Assembly (NCBI GenBank): GCA_951406725.2
Contig: OX597835.1
Location: 44,082,001-44,146,000 of the forward strand
Direction: 5' to 3'
DNA: 64,000 nt
From: Octopus vulgaris
Taxonomy: Eukaryota
Positions 1-12,619 of this stretch are shown piece by piece. Numbering within the stretch: the first letter of the stretch is position 1; each line of letters opens with the position of its first letter. A model generated the notes under the pieces. That model was given only the letters and a program-made list of their open reading frames with translations, was not told the DNA's origin and ran no database searches. Made by a program: the position numbers and the translations under genes.

Positions 1-60
<60 letters not shown>

Positions 61-980
61 GTATATATGTATATATGCATATAGTGGTTCCTTGTAATGT
101 CTTGTAGATTAAATAGGCAAATTACAGCTCAGAGCTGGATGGTTCTTTTATTAGAGACAATTTTTATGCACAATAGGAAATAATTCGGTTGGTATATTGC
201 TTATGTCCAATAAATATTGCATTTGTAATACACACTTACACTACACACTCAGAAAATTATGCATACACACAACACTTTATATATATATATATATATAAGC
301 ATACATATATGCATTCTTACATATATACATACACACACACACATATATATATATATGTATATAGACATACACAAACATATATATATATATGTGTATCTTT
401 ATGTACAGATATTGGTGTATGTACATATATACTTGTGTGTATGTGTGTGTATGTGTGTGTGTGTATAGAAAGCAAGTACAGAGATAAAGTATTACATTTA
501 TTCAATGCTTACACGTTTTTCAGAGACATTATCTGTTTTATAATAGAAAATATCTTGCAAAACAGATTACACATATACTCATAACCCACCTCTCTCTCCT
601 CTTCCCTACCCCTCCCTCTCTCCCCTCTCCCCTCTCTCTCCTCCCTCTCCACACACACACAAACACACACATATGTATGAATATTTCCACGTAGATGTCT
701 TTGGACGTCCGTGCATTTGCGGCTCTTAATTAAAAGTCTACGGAGACAAGACTTGTTAGAATCAATTCAATTCATTGTGCAAAGTAGAGTCTGATGTTTT
801 TTTCATGTTCACTTTGGATCTAAAACCAACGAAATGATTAATGTTTCGCGTCTCATCACTTCCCCACTCCAGGGGCTAATGTCCCATCAAGCAATACTAT
901 TTGTTGTTGTTGTTGTTGTTGTTGTTCTTCTTCTTCTTCTTCTTCTTCTTCTTCTTCTTCTTCTTCTTCTATTTACTAAA

Positions 981-1294
981 TTGAAAGAAGAGTGCCATTG
1001 TGATCTAGTGAACGATATTTCGACATCTTGTGTGTCTTCAACAGGTTCAAAAAATAATTTTGTCAATCTACTTTATTTTGTTTAATATATAAAGGATTGA
1101 GGTAACTCCTCCAGAAGTCAAAATTAAAAGAAGAGATTGACAAAATTATTTTTTGAAACAGTTGAAGAGACACAAGATGTCGAAATATCGTTCACTAGAT
1201 AACACGGGCACTCTTCTTTGAATTTTGACTCTGTATCTTCTGGAAGAGTTACCTCAATCCTTTATATATTAACCAAAATGAAATAGATTGACAA
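981..1294. mobile_element. Inverted pair of ~150-bp HHR-bearing monomers (retrozyme/PLE pseudo-LTR-like)
   Basis: 981-1133 (minus) and 1134-1294 (plus) are the same unit in different circular permutations. Each has short terminal redundancy (ctcttcttt; agattgacaa). Flanked by (CTT)n and (ATT)n. Confidence 0.75.
1009..1049 (-). ncRNA. Minimal type-I hammerhead motif (A6U variant)
   Basis: Minus strand tgaac-CTGTTGA-A-GACA-cacaaga-TGTC-GAAA-TA-TC-gttca: 5-bp stem I, 4-bp stem II, palindromic ATAT stem III, AUC triplet. A degenerate sister copy is at 1154-1194 (+). Confidence 0.65.
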
Positions 1295-1396
<102 letters not shown>

Positions 1397-1939
1397 CGAT
1401 GCGGTGAACTGGTAGAATCGTTACCTCGCCGGACAAAATGATTAGCGGCATTTCGTTGGTATACATGTTCTGAGTTCAAATTCCACCGAGTTCGACTTTG
1501 CCTCTCATTCTTTCGGGTTCGCTGAAATAAGTACCAGTTGAGTGCGGGGGATCGATGGAATTAACTTACCCTCTCCTCCACTAAAATTGCTGGCCTTGCG
1601 CCAAAACTTGAAATTATCATTATTATTATCAAAGCGACCAGCTAAAAATATTTACAGCACCGGAAGAAAGGGGGTTGAGCTTCATTTCTTGGGAATCGAT
1701 GAAATAAAAAATACCATTCCAGTAGCCCTTCAAAACGTCTGGCCTTGTGCATCAACCAGAAACCGCTATATCTGACTTCCAGTTGGCAGAGTTGGTTGAG
1801 CGTCGGACAAAAGTGCTTTGTGATATTTCTTCGGGATGTTTACATTTTGAGTTCGAATTCCACCGAAATCGATCTTGTCTTTCATTCATTTGGGAGTCAA
1901 TTTGATGACCCTCAAAATTTGAAACCGGTTACCAGTTTA

Positions 1940-2110
1940 GACTATTTTGAAGATCATCCGGCCACCTTTCTTTGACCGGAAAAGAAGACAGCCTTTATTT
2001 AACCCGTGGATTTGCTGAAAGAGGTCTTGTGGTGGACAAGCACCCATCAACTTCTCAAGTTCCAATTGGAAAAGCAAGTGAGAGTGAAGATTAAGAAGAT
2101 CCATCCGTGA
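1940..2110 (+). pseudogene. Decayed Tx1/L1-like ORF2 C-terminal fragment
   Basis: Frameshifted peptide ILKIIRPPFFDR..KEVLWWT..KFQLEKQVRV aligns with the 9050-9730 fragment (IFKVVLPISFDR..KEVMLKT..HLKSKVRA). Confidence 0.5.
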
Positions 2111-2689
2111 CCATTCTGTAAATTTTTCTTTTGTTTGGAACAGACAGTATATCAAACAGTCATAGAATAAAAGTCTTCTTTGTCTTATTTCAATGGTAAG
2201 ACGTGATTGGAAGGATTCTTCGTTTTCGTGTCTAGCAGATCAGTCGAGCGACTGTCTGAATGCTTCTCTCCTTTTAACTCGTCTGGGTGGATTTTAGATC
2301 GATTATATCGATTACTTTCTCTGATACTTATTTTATCGATCTCTCCAGAAGGAAGAAAGTTAACGTCAAAGGCAAAGCACAAGAAATTTCACAAAGACAC
2401 TCTATAATACGTTCGTTGTCATCTATTTGATTTTGCAGTGAAATTGCTATTCGTAAAACTAACATCTTTCGCTAATGGCGCTCAACTATCTTCTCAATTA
2501 ACTCATAGCTTTTAATTTCTTTAACAACGGTTTTAATTTCTTAAGAGCGTACAAATGCATTGATAGAGACTCTTTCGTTCTACTATGGTTTCTAATTTAT
2601 CAGCTTTGCAGAATAAAGCGACTCCACTATCACCACCGCGGCCACCAATTTCCACTTCAACTACAACCGTCACGATATCGCCATCATCG

Positions 2690-3616
2690 CCATCATCGAC
2701 ATCATCATCAAAGTCGTCGTCGTCGTCGTCATCATCATCATCATCATCATTATCATCATCACCACTACCACTAATACCACCACCATATACACAATCCGCA
2801 TCACCACCAGCACCAGCACCACCACCACCACCGCCACCATCGTCATCGTCATCGTCGTCGTAATTATCATCAACCTCAACATCATCACCTCCACCGCAAC
2901 CACCACCACCACCACCACGCGCATTAACACCACCCGTATTCACACCACCACCACCTGCATTAATGCCGCCGCCGCCGCCGCCACCACCACCACCACCACC
3001 ACCACCACAATCATCATCATCATACTCATCATCATCGTCGTCGTCATCGTCGGCATCACCGCCACCAACACCACCAACATTACTTTCATCATCATCATCA
3101 TATCATCATCATCTCCATCATCACCATCGTCGTCGTCATCATCGTCATCATCACCACCACACCACCGTCACAACAACAACAACAGCACCCACCCTGTTCT
3201 CCTTGTCCCCATCTCTCTCTCTCTTTCCTCTGACCCTCCTCCTCCTCTTCCCACACCTCATCTTCCTCCCTTCCTCGCAGACTCCTCCTCGCCATATTTA
3301 TCATCCAACGCTTCTCTTTCTATTAATTTGTGAATTTTGTTCTTCTTTTATTCTGAATAGTTCTCAAATTCCTATCGTTCGCTTTTCACCGAATCTACTT
3401 CTTGTGCGTGTGTCTGTCTGTGTGTCTGTGTTTTATTTCACTCTAACCATTAGTGTTAATAGCTGCCAATTTACTTTCACTTTAATTGTCACGTGTAATC
3501 ATCTCGTTCATGTTAATTTCATTGTTGTTCTCTTCGTTATTGATGCTATTAACGACCAGATTACATTTGCCGTTGCTGCTGCTGTTGCTGATGTTTTTGT
3601 TGATGCTGTTGTTACC

Positions 3617-3647
<31 letters not shown>

Positions 3648-3657
3648 CTTCTTCTTC

Positions 3658-3705
<48 letters not shown>

Positions 3706-4020
3706 TTCTTCTTCTTCTTCTTCTTCTTCTTCTTCTTCATCATCTTCTTCTTCTTCTTCATATTCTTCTTCTTCTTCTTCTTCATCATCATCATCATAAT
3801 TTTCCTCTTCTTCTTCTTCTTCTTCTTCTTCATCATCATCATCATCATCGTCATCATCATCATCATCTTCTTCTTCTTCATCATCATCTTCTTCTTCTTC
3901 TCATCCTCCTCTTCCTTCTCATCCTCCTCTTCCTTTTCATCATCGTCATCGTCATCATCACCATCATCATTATCATTTTTCTTCTTCTTCTTCTTCTTCT
4001 TCTTCTTCTTCTCCTTCTTT
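2690..4020. repeat. Compound trinucleotide microsatellite fields (TCA/CCA/CCG/CTT)
   Basis: Direct reading; source of the spurious poly-S/P/H/L ORFs. Confidence 0.95.
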
Positions 4021-4178
4021 ATCCTCACTTAACTGGGGAGGCGATTGAGTATATCCATGATTGAAATCCGTCATATTTTAAGCTTCCCTACGCATCAAGA
4101 ATCTCTTATGACAGTATCGGTTTGGGTCCCGGTTGCATCTCATAAGAAGTCTTCAATTCTTATACGCTTCTAAACAAT

Positions 4179-5669
4179 ATGTGTAAATACATGCTGGCCT
4201 TGTGCAAAAATTTGAATCTAAAGCCTACAATTACTTCTATGGCTAGGAAGACACATATAGAAAGATGGCGCGGATGGACCAGAGCCATACGGAGCCCCGC
4301 AAATGTCCATCAGGTAAAGAAAATGATCGCACATGCACTAGGAGCTAGTATAAGAGTTACCCTAAAAGGCCACACATTTAAATTTAATAATAAAATATAT
4401 GCCCAGGACGTGGGGGCAGCCATCGGTGTTAGTATCGCTGGTGATGTGGCCAACCTCTTCATGGTATGGTGGGACAGAAGGCTTAAAGAATGCCTACTGC
4501 AGAAATCCATACTCGTAAACATGTACTCTCGCTATGTTGATGATATCAATATAGTAGTAAAGGCACCCCCACAAGAGAGTACTGTTGATATAGTAATAGA
4601 AACTAATACTATGGAGAGCATCCAGCAAATAGCTAACTCCATCCACCAGAGTATTAAGGTCACAATAGACTACCCCACTAAACACCCCAACCATAGACTA
4701 CCAGTACTAGACACTGAACTCTGGCTAGAAATTGTGAAAAATAAAACCCAAATCCTTCATTCATACTATGCAAAACCTATGGCCTCAAAATACCTGATCC
4801 ACCGGAACTCAGCCATTGCGGGCAATGCCAAATTCAATATTTTGATGGCAGACCTCGTCAGAATAATGAGAAATGTGTCACGCATGTGCGACCCTACAGA
4901 ATTAAAGAGACACATACAGTATTTCATTCACCGCATGCAGTTCTCAGGTTACAGCCATAAAGAAAGGATCAGAGTATACAAAGGAGCCATGAAGAAATTT
5001 GATAATATATTATGTAATGATAGGAATGGGATTTGCCCACTCTATAGGAACAAGTCATGGAACACTATAGAAAAGACAAAAAAGAAAATAGGGAAGGCCA
5101 ACTCTTGGTATGATAGCCATAAATACCAGAGTGTCATGTTCGTTGACACCACCCCTGGAGGTGAACTAGCGTACCGCTTTAGAAGGACCCTAGATAAACT
5201 TAAACTAAGAATTAAGGTTGTTGAAAAGCCAGGCAACCCTATCAGATCTATAATTGGTAGAAGCTATCCTTTTAGTAGAACTCTCTGTACGGATAACTAT
5301 TGCACTGTATGTAGATTTAGCCCACAAACGAACTGTAAAGCCAGAAATGTGGTCTATAGTATAAGATGTATAGAGGGACGATGCAGTAACAAGACAGTAA
5401 CATACGTAGGGGAAACTGCAAGAAGCATTGGTGAGCGGGTGAATGAACATTGGAGACAACTCAAGGAAGGTAAAAGCTCATCGATTCTGTACCAACACGC
5501 CGAACAAGAACACGGGGGATCAATCAATAACATAGAGATTAAGATATTGTCCACACATAGAACAGATGCAACAATTAGACAAATTACAGAAGCTACACAT
5601 ATAATAGAAAATAAACCTAGCCTGAATAGAAAACTAGAATGGAGCAATAGCGCACACCACAACATATGA
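4179..5669 (+). CDS. Penelope-like element (Naiad-type) reverse transcriptase + GIY-YIG endonuclease ORF, 5'-truncated, uninterrupted
   Basis: 496-aa ORF of non-repetitive composition. RT motifs QDVGAAIG..AGDVANLFMVWWD, RYVDD and LPVLD; thumb YYAKPMAS..IHRNSA; Cys cluster CTDNYCTVC..NC; GIY-YIG VVYSIRC..YVGETAR..R..EH..E..PSLN. RT motif A (DxxxLYP) is absent upstream, so the N-terminus is missing and the first ~14 codons are probably flank. Confidence 0.93.
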   Translation: MCKYMLALCKNLNLKPTITSMARKTHIERWRGWTRAIRSPANVHQVKKMIAHALGASIRVTLKGHTFKFNNKIYAQDVGAAIGVSIAGDVANLFMVWWDRRLKECLLQKSILVNMYSRYVDDINIVVKAPPQESTVDIVIETNTMESIQQIANSIHQSIKVTIDYPTKHPNHRLPVLDTELWLEIVKNKTQILHSYYAKPMASKYLIHRNSAIAGNAKFNILMADLVRIMRNVSRMCDPTELKRHIQYFIHRMQFSGYSHKERIRVYKGAMKKFDNILCNDRNGICPLYRNKSWNTIEKTKKKIGKANSWYDSHKYQSVMFVDTTPGGELAYRFRRTLDKLKLRIKVVEKPGNPIRSIIGRSYPFSRTLCTDNYCTVCRFSPQTNCKARNVVYSIRCIEGRCSNKTVTYVGETARSIGERVNEHWRQLKEGKSSSILYQHAEQEHGGSINNIEIKILSTHRTDATIRQITEATHIIENKPSLNRKLEWSNSAHHNI

Positions 5670-6268
5670 CAATAGTGGATCCTGCAAACATAATAAATAC
5701 ACAGGTAATTAAAGAAATAGAAATGAATATCTATATGTGTATATATGTGTGTATATATGTATATATATGTATATGTATATGTATATGTATGTATATATAT
5801 ATATATATGTATATGTATATTCTTTTTTTTTTTTTTTTTTTCGATTAGATTTATTATTATTATTACATACATTGTTGTTATACATACATACAAGCATATG
5901 TAATGATAATAATGGGTGGATGTAAACACATGAACAAAATTAGAACAAAAGCAACAACAACAAAAACAAAATACAAATTACAAGAATGTATATAACCAGA
6001 AGATACAAATATTACAGGCATCCCCCCACACACACACTAAATAAACATAGACGCACATAGAGATATAAGCATGCGCAAATGAAGACATACAATAGAAATA
6101 CAAAATGGCTGACGGTTAGTAAGGAGAGACACAAGTAAGTGAGAAGAAAACAAAGGACCACTGATGCGGTCACAGGAGTGTGACGAAAGAACTTTGGCCG
6201 AAATAAGATTAAGATTAATGTAAAAAATAAATATTGAAGCAAAATAACACCAAATATATAGTGCGTGG
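4220..6268 (+). mobile_element. 5'-truncated Penelope-like (Naiad) retroelement including 3' UTR/pseudo-LTR
   Basis: The ORF above plus downstream sequence. 6088-6265 is nearly identical to the dispersed repeat at 21591-22082 and contains a hammerhead motif, as expected of a PLE pseudo-LTR. Confidence 0.8.
6156..6199 (+). ncRNA. Minimal type-I hammerhead ribozyme motif (A9C variant) in PLE 3' region
   Basis: gacca-CTGATGC-G-GTCACA-ggag-TGTGAC-GAAA-gaa-CTT-tggcc: core boxes, 6-bp stem II, and stem I gacca/tggcc with one mismatch. Confidence 0.7.
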
Positions 6269-6279
6269 CCAAATAGCGC

Positions 6280-6775
6280 GATAGAATAAGTACTAGGTTT
6301 ACAACGAATAAGTCCTGGGGTCGATTTGCTCGACTAAAGGCGGTGCTCCAGCATGACCGCAGTCAGATGACTGAAACAAGTACAAGGGTATAAGAGTATA
6401 TATATATGTATGTATGTATATATATATATATATATAAATATTAGAAAAAAACACCTTTTATCAATTCCAAAAGAACAATTAAATTACACCATCTAGAAAA
6501 CTACATAGAATAGAAATAATATTCCCTCAAATAATTATTATGTATATATATGTGAGTGTGTGTGTGTGTGTATGTGTGTGTGTGTGTCTTTCTGCCTGTG
6601 CTTGTTCTCCACCACCGCTTGACAACCAGTGTTGGTGTGTTTACGGCCCCGTAAACTACCGATCCGGCACAAGAACCGATAGAATAAATAACAAGTTTGA
6701 AAGAATACAAAATAGACATGGGAGTCAAGGCGGTGCTCCAGCATGGCCGTTGTCTAGTGACTGAAGCAAGTAAAA
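6280..6775 (+). mobile_element. Two 5'-truncated SINE family A fragments (6280-6395; 6560-6775)
   Basis: gatagaataagtactagg..ggcggtgctccagcatg tails. Other partial copies are at 12850-13080(-), 20137-20290(+), 40180-40340(-) and 51035-51170(+). Confidence 0.8.
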
Positions 6776-7465
6776 GATATAAAAAAAACCAAATTGAAAG
6801 AACCAAGCAACATTCATCTCGGTTGTTATAAACCATTCTTTGTCTTTCGATTTATAGGACAAGTTGTCACGTGGTTTGAGAGAAAGTGGAATGCCACTTA
6901 GACGTAGCAGTTTCGTGGAAGCTTCTATTGTCTTCTCGAAACAAGATGCTGTCTGTCAATGAAAACTCTAAACCAAGCTAGGCCTCTAAATACATTTATT
7001 ATTAAATTGATTTCGAAACCATTTATCCAGAAGTTTCCCCCCAACTTTTCTTTTTTTAATTTTCATATTCACATCTATTCTTGACTCAAACATAAAGTCT
7101 GTGATATCGTTTTAAAAGAAAAAGAGAAAAAAATATGTATATATATTTCAAGATACAAACTGGAAACTCTGAAATTATCAGGCAGGTTATCTAACCTTTA
7201 GCTGTGCATTTGAATAGAACGAATATTTACAGTTAAACGGGCGAGACTCAATAATTGTTATGTCCGTCTGAGAAGACACAATACACAATACTTCAGGCTG
7301 AATATAAAACGATACAAAACAACAGGTATTTGTCTGTCGCACCACAAGACACCGCCTCTATTCAATGCGTGCTTTCCATATTCATAAAGACTCACATACA
7401 TGCTTATAAACGCTCATACATACACTTTTATATACATATTTATATGTATATATTTATGTGTGTGC

Positions 7466-7513
<48 letters not shown>

Positions 7514-7527
7514 TTATATACACACAC

Positions 7528-7585
<58 letters not shown>

Positions 7586-7689
7586 TATATATATATATAT
7601 ATATGCATATACATATACGCATATGTATGTGCATATATATATATATATATGCATGTACATGTATATTTGTACATATACGTATATATGTG

Positions 7690-7751
<62 letters not shown>

Positions 7752-8094
7752 TACACATACATATATATTGCTTTGCTTGTTTTATTTTTGCTATTACTGA
7801 CGATTTTATACAATATATACGCGCGTGTGTGTGTGTGTGTGTATGTGTATAAGTGTGCGCATTTATGTGGCGACGTATGTAAGTCTGTAACCGTAAGTTT
7901 CTGACAAACCCAGTGAAAGTCGTAAGAATTATGATTATTATTATGATTGTCATTGTGGTTGCTGTTGTTGCTGTTGTCGTTGTTGTTCGTTTATCAACAC
8001 GTATTGCAATCCCCCCCATAAGTTTGTTGTCATTTATATTGTACTCAAAATGATATATTGAATATTTGTTGTCGTTATATAGATAAAGTGACCA

Positions 8095-8239
8095 GCGCAG
8101 GAGTGGCTGTGTGGTAAGTAGCTTGCATACGAACCACATGGTTCCGGGTTCAGCCCCACTGCGTGTCATCTTGGGCAAGTGTCTTCTACTAAAGCCTTGT
8201 GAGTGGATTTGATAGACGGAAACTGAAAGAAGCCCGTCG

Positions 8240-8276
<37 letters not shown>

Positions 8277-8495
8277 ATGTTTGTGTGTCTGTGTTTGTAC
8301 CCCTAGCATTGCTTGACAACCGATGCTGGTGTGTTTACGTCCCCGTCACTTAACGGTTCGGCAAAAAAGACCGATAGAATAAGTACTGGGCTTACAAAGA
8401 ATAAGTCCCGGGGTCGATTTGCTCGACTAAAGGCGATGCTCCAGCATGGTCGCAGTCAAATGACTGAAAGAAGAAAAAAGTAAAAGAGTAAAAGA
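8095..8495 (+). mobile_element. tRNA-derived SINE family A (Deu/Nin-like central domain, internal microsatellite)
   Basis: A-box tggctgtgtggt, B-box ggttcagccc, central gccttgtgagtggattt..agacggaaactg, tail gctccagcatgg..taaaagag; many copies in the window. Confidence 0.88.
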
Positions 8496-8649
8496 GGTCC
8501 TTAGAGAGGTGGTTTGTTTTTCTCCATCTGCAGCCCTTAGAGGCTAAATTGGGGTTTGTTTAGGGAAACATGCTTAAAAACAGAAAGATGACGGAAGAAG
8601 GTAATTCCTCCGCTGAAAAGAACAACGACAAAAACATAAGCGTGAACAC

Positions 8650-8796
8650 TGCCACCACGACCACGACCACGACCACCACCACCGACCACCACCACCGCCG
8701 CCACCACCACCACCACCACCACCACCACCACCACCACCACCACCACGCCACCACCACCGTCGCAGCCGCCACCACTACCACCACCGCCACCACCAC

Positions 8797-8831
<35 letters not shown>

Positions 8832-8992
8832 TCACCACCACCAACACCGCCGCCGCCGCCGCCACCTCCACCACCACCACCACCACCACCAAAACCACCA
8901 AAACCACCACCACAACCACCACCACCACCACCACCACCACCACCGCCACCACCGCCGCCGCCACCACCACCACCACCACCACCACCATCACC

Positions 8993-9030
<38 letters not shown>
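8650..9030. repeat. (ACC)/(GCC)/(AAC) compound microsatellite
   Basis: Direct reading. Confidence 0.95.
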
Positions 9031-9049
9031 ATTTTAGAACGAGGAAAAC

Positions 9050-9730
9050 GCACAATGCAAATCCGCTCTCAGCGGTTTCGCCGACGCAACGTCGAAAACG
9101 AGCGAGGTGTCTTCAGTCGGGCTTTTCTGAGATGCACGTAGAGCGAGGAAATTATGCTGCTCGCTCTCGCCCAGTGACTGAGAATTGCTGACCTTTGGGT
9201 TCATGTCGAACACTTGTCAGGTGCCGGACGGATCCGGCTATCAATTGAGTCCATTTTCAAGGTTGTCCTGCCGATTTCCTTTGACCGCGAAGGGCAGGCA
9301 ATATTTCATTGTCTGACAGTCTTAGCGAAAGAAGTGATGTTGAAGACACACACTTTCCTCATCCGCTATTTCATGGTTCACCTGAAAAGCAAAGTGAGGG
9401 CAGAGAGCAATTGTTACGGCTCAGCAGTTTTGTAAAACGGTGGGTGAGTGTGGAACGAATGGCCCGAGTGGAAGGGCCTACTGTAAGCATGTATGTGCCT
9501 CTAGATTGAGAGGTCACCATCTCTAGAGGTGAGGGGTGATCGAGATATATTAGGGTTTCCAGAGCAGCTCTAGGAAGTCTCCCTCTATTGGGGGATTTTC
9601 ATGGTTAGAATTTTATTTGTTTCGCTTTTGCTTGCACATTTTAATCGCACATGATTTGTATTGCATTTTCCGGTATCGTTCCCATGCGGTCTATGTGAAC
9701 TTATAGGGGTGAATAAAGGATACATTATCA
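9050..9730 (+). mobile_element. 3' end of Tx1/L1-like non-LTR retrotransposon (decayed)
   Basis: Interrupted peptide IADLWVHVEHL..RLSIESI..AKEVM..FVKRWVSV..ARV resembling a Tx1 ORF2 C-terminus, followed by a 3' UTR with aataaa at ~9712. Confidence 0.55.
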
Positions 9731-9961
9731 TTATTAAGGCGGTGGGTTTGCAGAATCGTTAGTGCGCTGCATGCAATGCTTAGCGGTATTTCGTCCATCG
9801 CTACGTTCTGAGTTTAAATTCCACCGAATTCAAATTCTGCACGCTATACTGTTTACCCTTTCGAGGTCGATAAATCAAGTACCAGTTGAAAACTGGGGTC
9901 GATGTAATCGACTCATCCCCTCCCCCCAAATTGCTACCCTTGTAACACAATTTAAATTCAC

Positions 9962-10036
<75 letters not shown>

Positions 10037-10079
10037 CATCATCATCATCATTATTATTATTATTACTTTATTATTATTA

Positions 10080-10140
<61 letters not shown>

Positions 10141-10230
10141 CATCATCATCATCATCATCATTGTTATTGTTATTATTATTATTATTATTATCATCATCAT
10201 CATCATCATCATTATTATTGTTATTATTAA

Positions 10231-10278
<48 letters not shown>

Positions 10279-10282
10279 CATT
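9962..10282. repeat. (ATT)/(ATC) microsatellite
   Basis: Direct reading. Confidence 0.95.
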
Positions 10283-10863
10283 AGGTCGCCAAGGTTGACT
10301 CTGCCTTTCATCGATAATATAAGCAGCCATTGAGCGCTGTGGTCGATCTAATCACCTTACCTCTTCCTTCGACATCGCTGGCCTTGTACCAAATTTTTAA
10401 AACCGTTAATAGTATTATTATTATTATACTCTACAGTGCTAGCATCACTTATGACTGGTATATATAACAACAGAATATTCTATGGTATCAGTTTGAAAAG
10501 AAATCCAAGTATGCCCTCTCCGAGGGTCGGCCAACAAACCGTTGGAAGGAAGTTTAAATTCAGTAACATAAAGAGGCGGGAAAATGCTACTAAACGTGTT
10601 GTCCTCGGTGCTAACGATTCTGCAAACCGGTCACCCTGCTATTCGAACTACTACGAATAATAACATTTTGAAATTTTGGCACTTGGCTATCAGCTTTTGA
10701 GAAGAGGGCTAAGTTTATTGTATCAACCACATTACTTGACCGGTACTTCGTTTATAGACACCGAAAAGAAGAAAAGTAAAGGCGACCTCGGCGGAATTTG
10801 AGCTCAGAATGGAAAGGCGGACGAAATTCCGGCATGCTAACTGTTCTGTCCGCTCCACCGCCT

Positions 10864-10909
<46 letters not shown>

Positions 10910-10933
10910 GCTGCTGCTGCTGTGCTGCTGCTG

Positions 10934-10996
<63 letters not shown>

Positions 10997-12619
10997 AAAG
11001 CAATGATAAAAACAATATAATCAACAGCTAAGTCCGAAAACTATACAAAGATCAGAAAAAAGCAAGAAAACAACATCAGTAAACAAACAAATCAACCCGC
11101 ACCCACACACATACATCCACACAGACACGTGCGCACCCACACATACGAAGCCACCCGCATATATACGCGCAGAGCCGCACATACACACACACACACCCAC
11201 AAATTAAATTAAAGAAACAAGTTAATCCAGAGTTAATGGATAGAAAGTTAAACCAAACGAAACGAAAGCGAAATTCAAAGTCAGAACGAACATCCAAACA
11301 GAAAAATAATCAAAGACAACAACCAGAACAACAACAGCAACAACAACAATAATTAAATAAATGAACAGTGATAATAATAACAAAAAAAAAAAATGACAAA
11401 AGAATATTTCGAAAACAGTTTAGAAAAGCAACAAATGTACAAAAAAAATTATCAAAAAGATTTCTAAAAAAGAAGACACTGAGAAACAAAAAGTACCCCC
11501 TTGCAAAAAAGAACAAAAAAAAAATTAAAAGTCAAAGAAGAAGCAGAAACAACACAACAATGAAGAGAATCAAAGCAAAAGTAAGGAAAGAAAGAAAAAG
11601 ACGAGAAAAATAAGAAGAAGAAAGTGAAAAAAAAAATATCCTGTGTAGGATTTGTTTAACACACAGAAATTTAATTATAAAGTAGCTAGCAAAAGCTTTT
11701 TGTTTTCTTTTATTTTTAACCAATTACGACGATGAGAGAAACAGAATTTTGTTTGAAGCAATAAGCTATTAAATAGAGCAGATAAAGCAGAGAAATAGTT
11801 AAAATAAGCCTCGGGTGTAACGTAGTATGCTGTATGGTCAATCCCACTCGTTATCGTGACTTCTTTATCGTTATTTTTTACGATTCTAAAGGCGGTGGGT
11901 TGTCAGGGTTGTTAGTTTTAGAAAGCAACCTTGCAGCACACATTGGCTCTTTAAGGTTCTGGGTTCAATAACGCTTATATTCACTTATGTCGGCTCCTCA
12001 TGTCGAGGGCGATAAAATAAAGCAGCGGTGAAATTTTGGGAGTCGATGTAACGGATTATGCCTCTTCGCTATAACTACTGGCACCGTGCGAAAACTTAAA
12101 ACCATAAATGCAGCGAGCTGGCAGAACCGTTAGAATGTCGAGCAAAATGGTTAGAAGCATTTGCTTTTTCTTTCTCGCTTCTTCACGTTCTGAATTCGAA
12201 ATACGCCGAGGGTCAATTTGTCTTCATTCTTCCGGAGCCGATAAAATAAGTACCAGTCACGTACTGGATTCAATGAAACCGACTGCTCCCACCCGATAAA
12301 ATTGCTGACCAAAGTTTGAAATAATTAGTTTTGTAGACATTGTGGATTTGCAGAATCGTTACAAGACGCCTTGCGTTATTGGCTCCAGTTCTGACCCCAA
12401 ATCCTGCCTTGTTGATCTTGTCCGAACGTAAAGACAGGAAAACATGTTTAGTGGCATTTCGTCTGTCTTTAGGTTCCGAGATCAAATTCCAACCCAATTC
12501 GAATTTACCTTTTATCTATTCAGGGCCGACAAAATAAATCACCAGTCAAGTACTGAGACCGAAGGCAACGATTAAATCTCTACCCTCAAAATCGCGGCAT
12601 TAAAACCAAAATTAAACAT

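Noticed and set aside
5667-5675. TGA stop of the Naiad ORF as a possible selenocysteine codon (some Naiads encode selenoproteins)
   Set aside because: There is no internal TGA in the ORF, readthrough hits TAG after one codon, and I recognised no SECIS.
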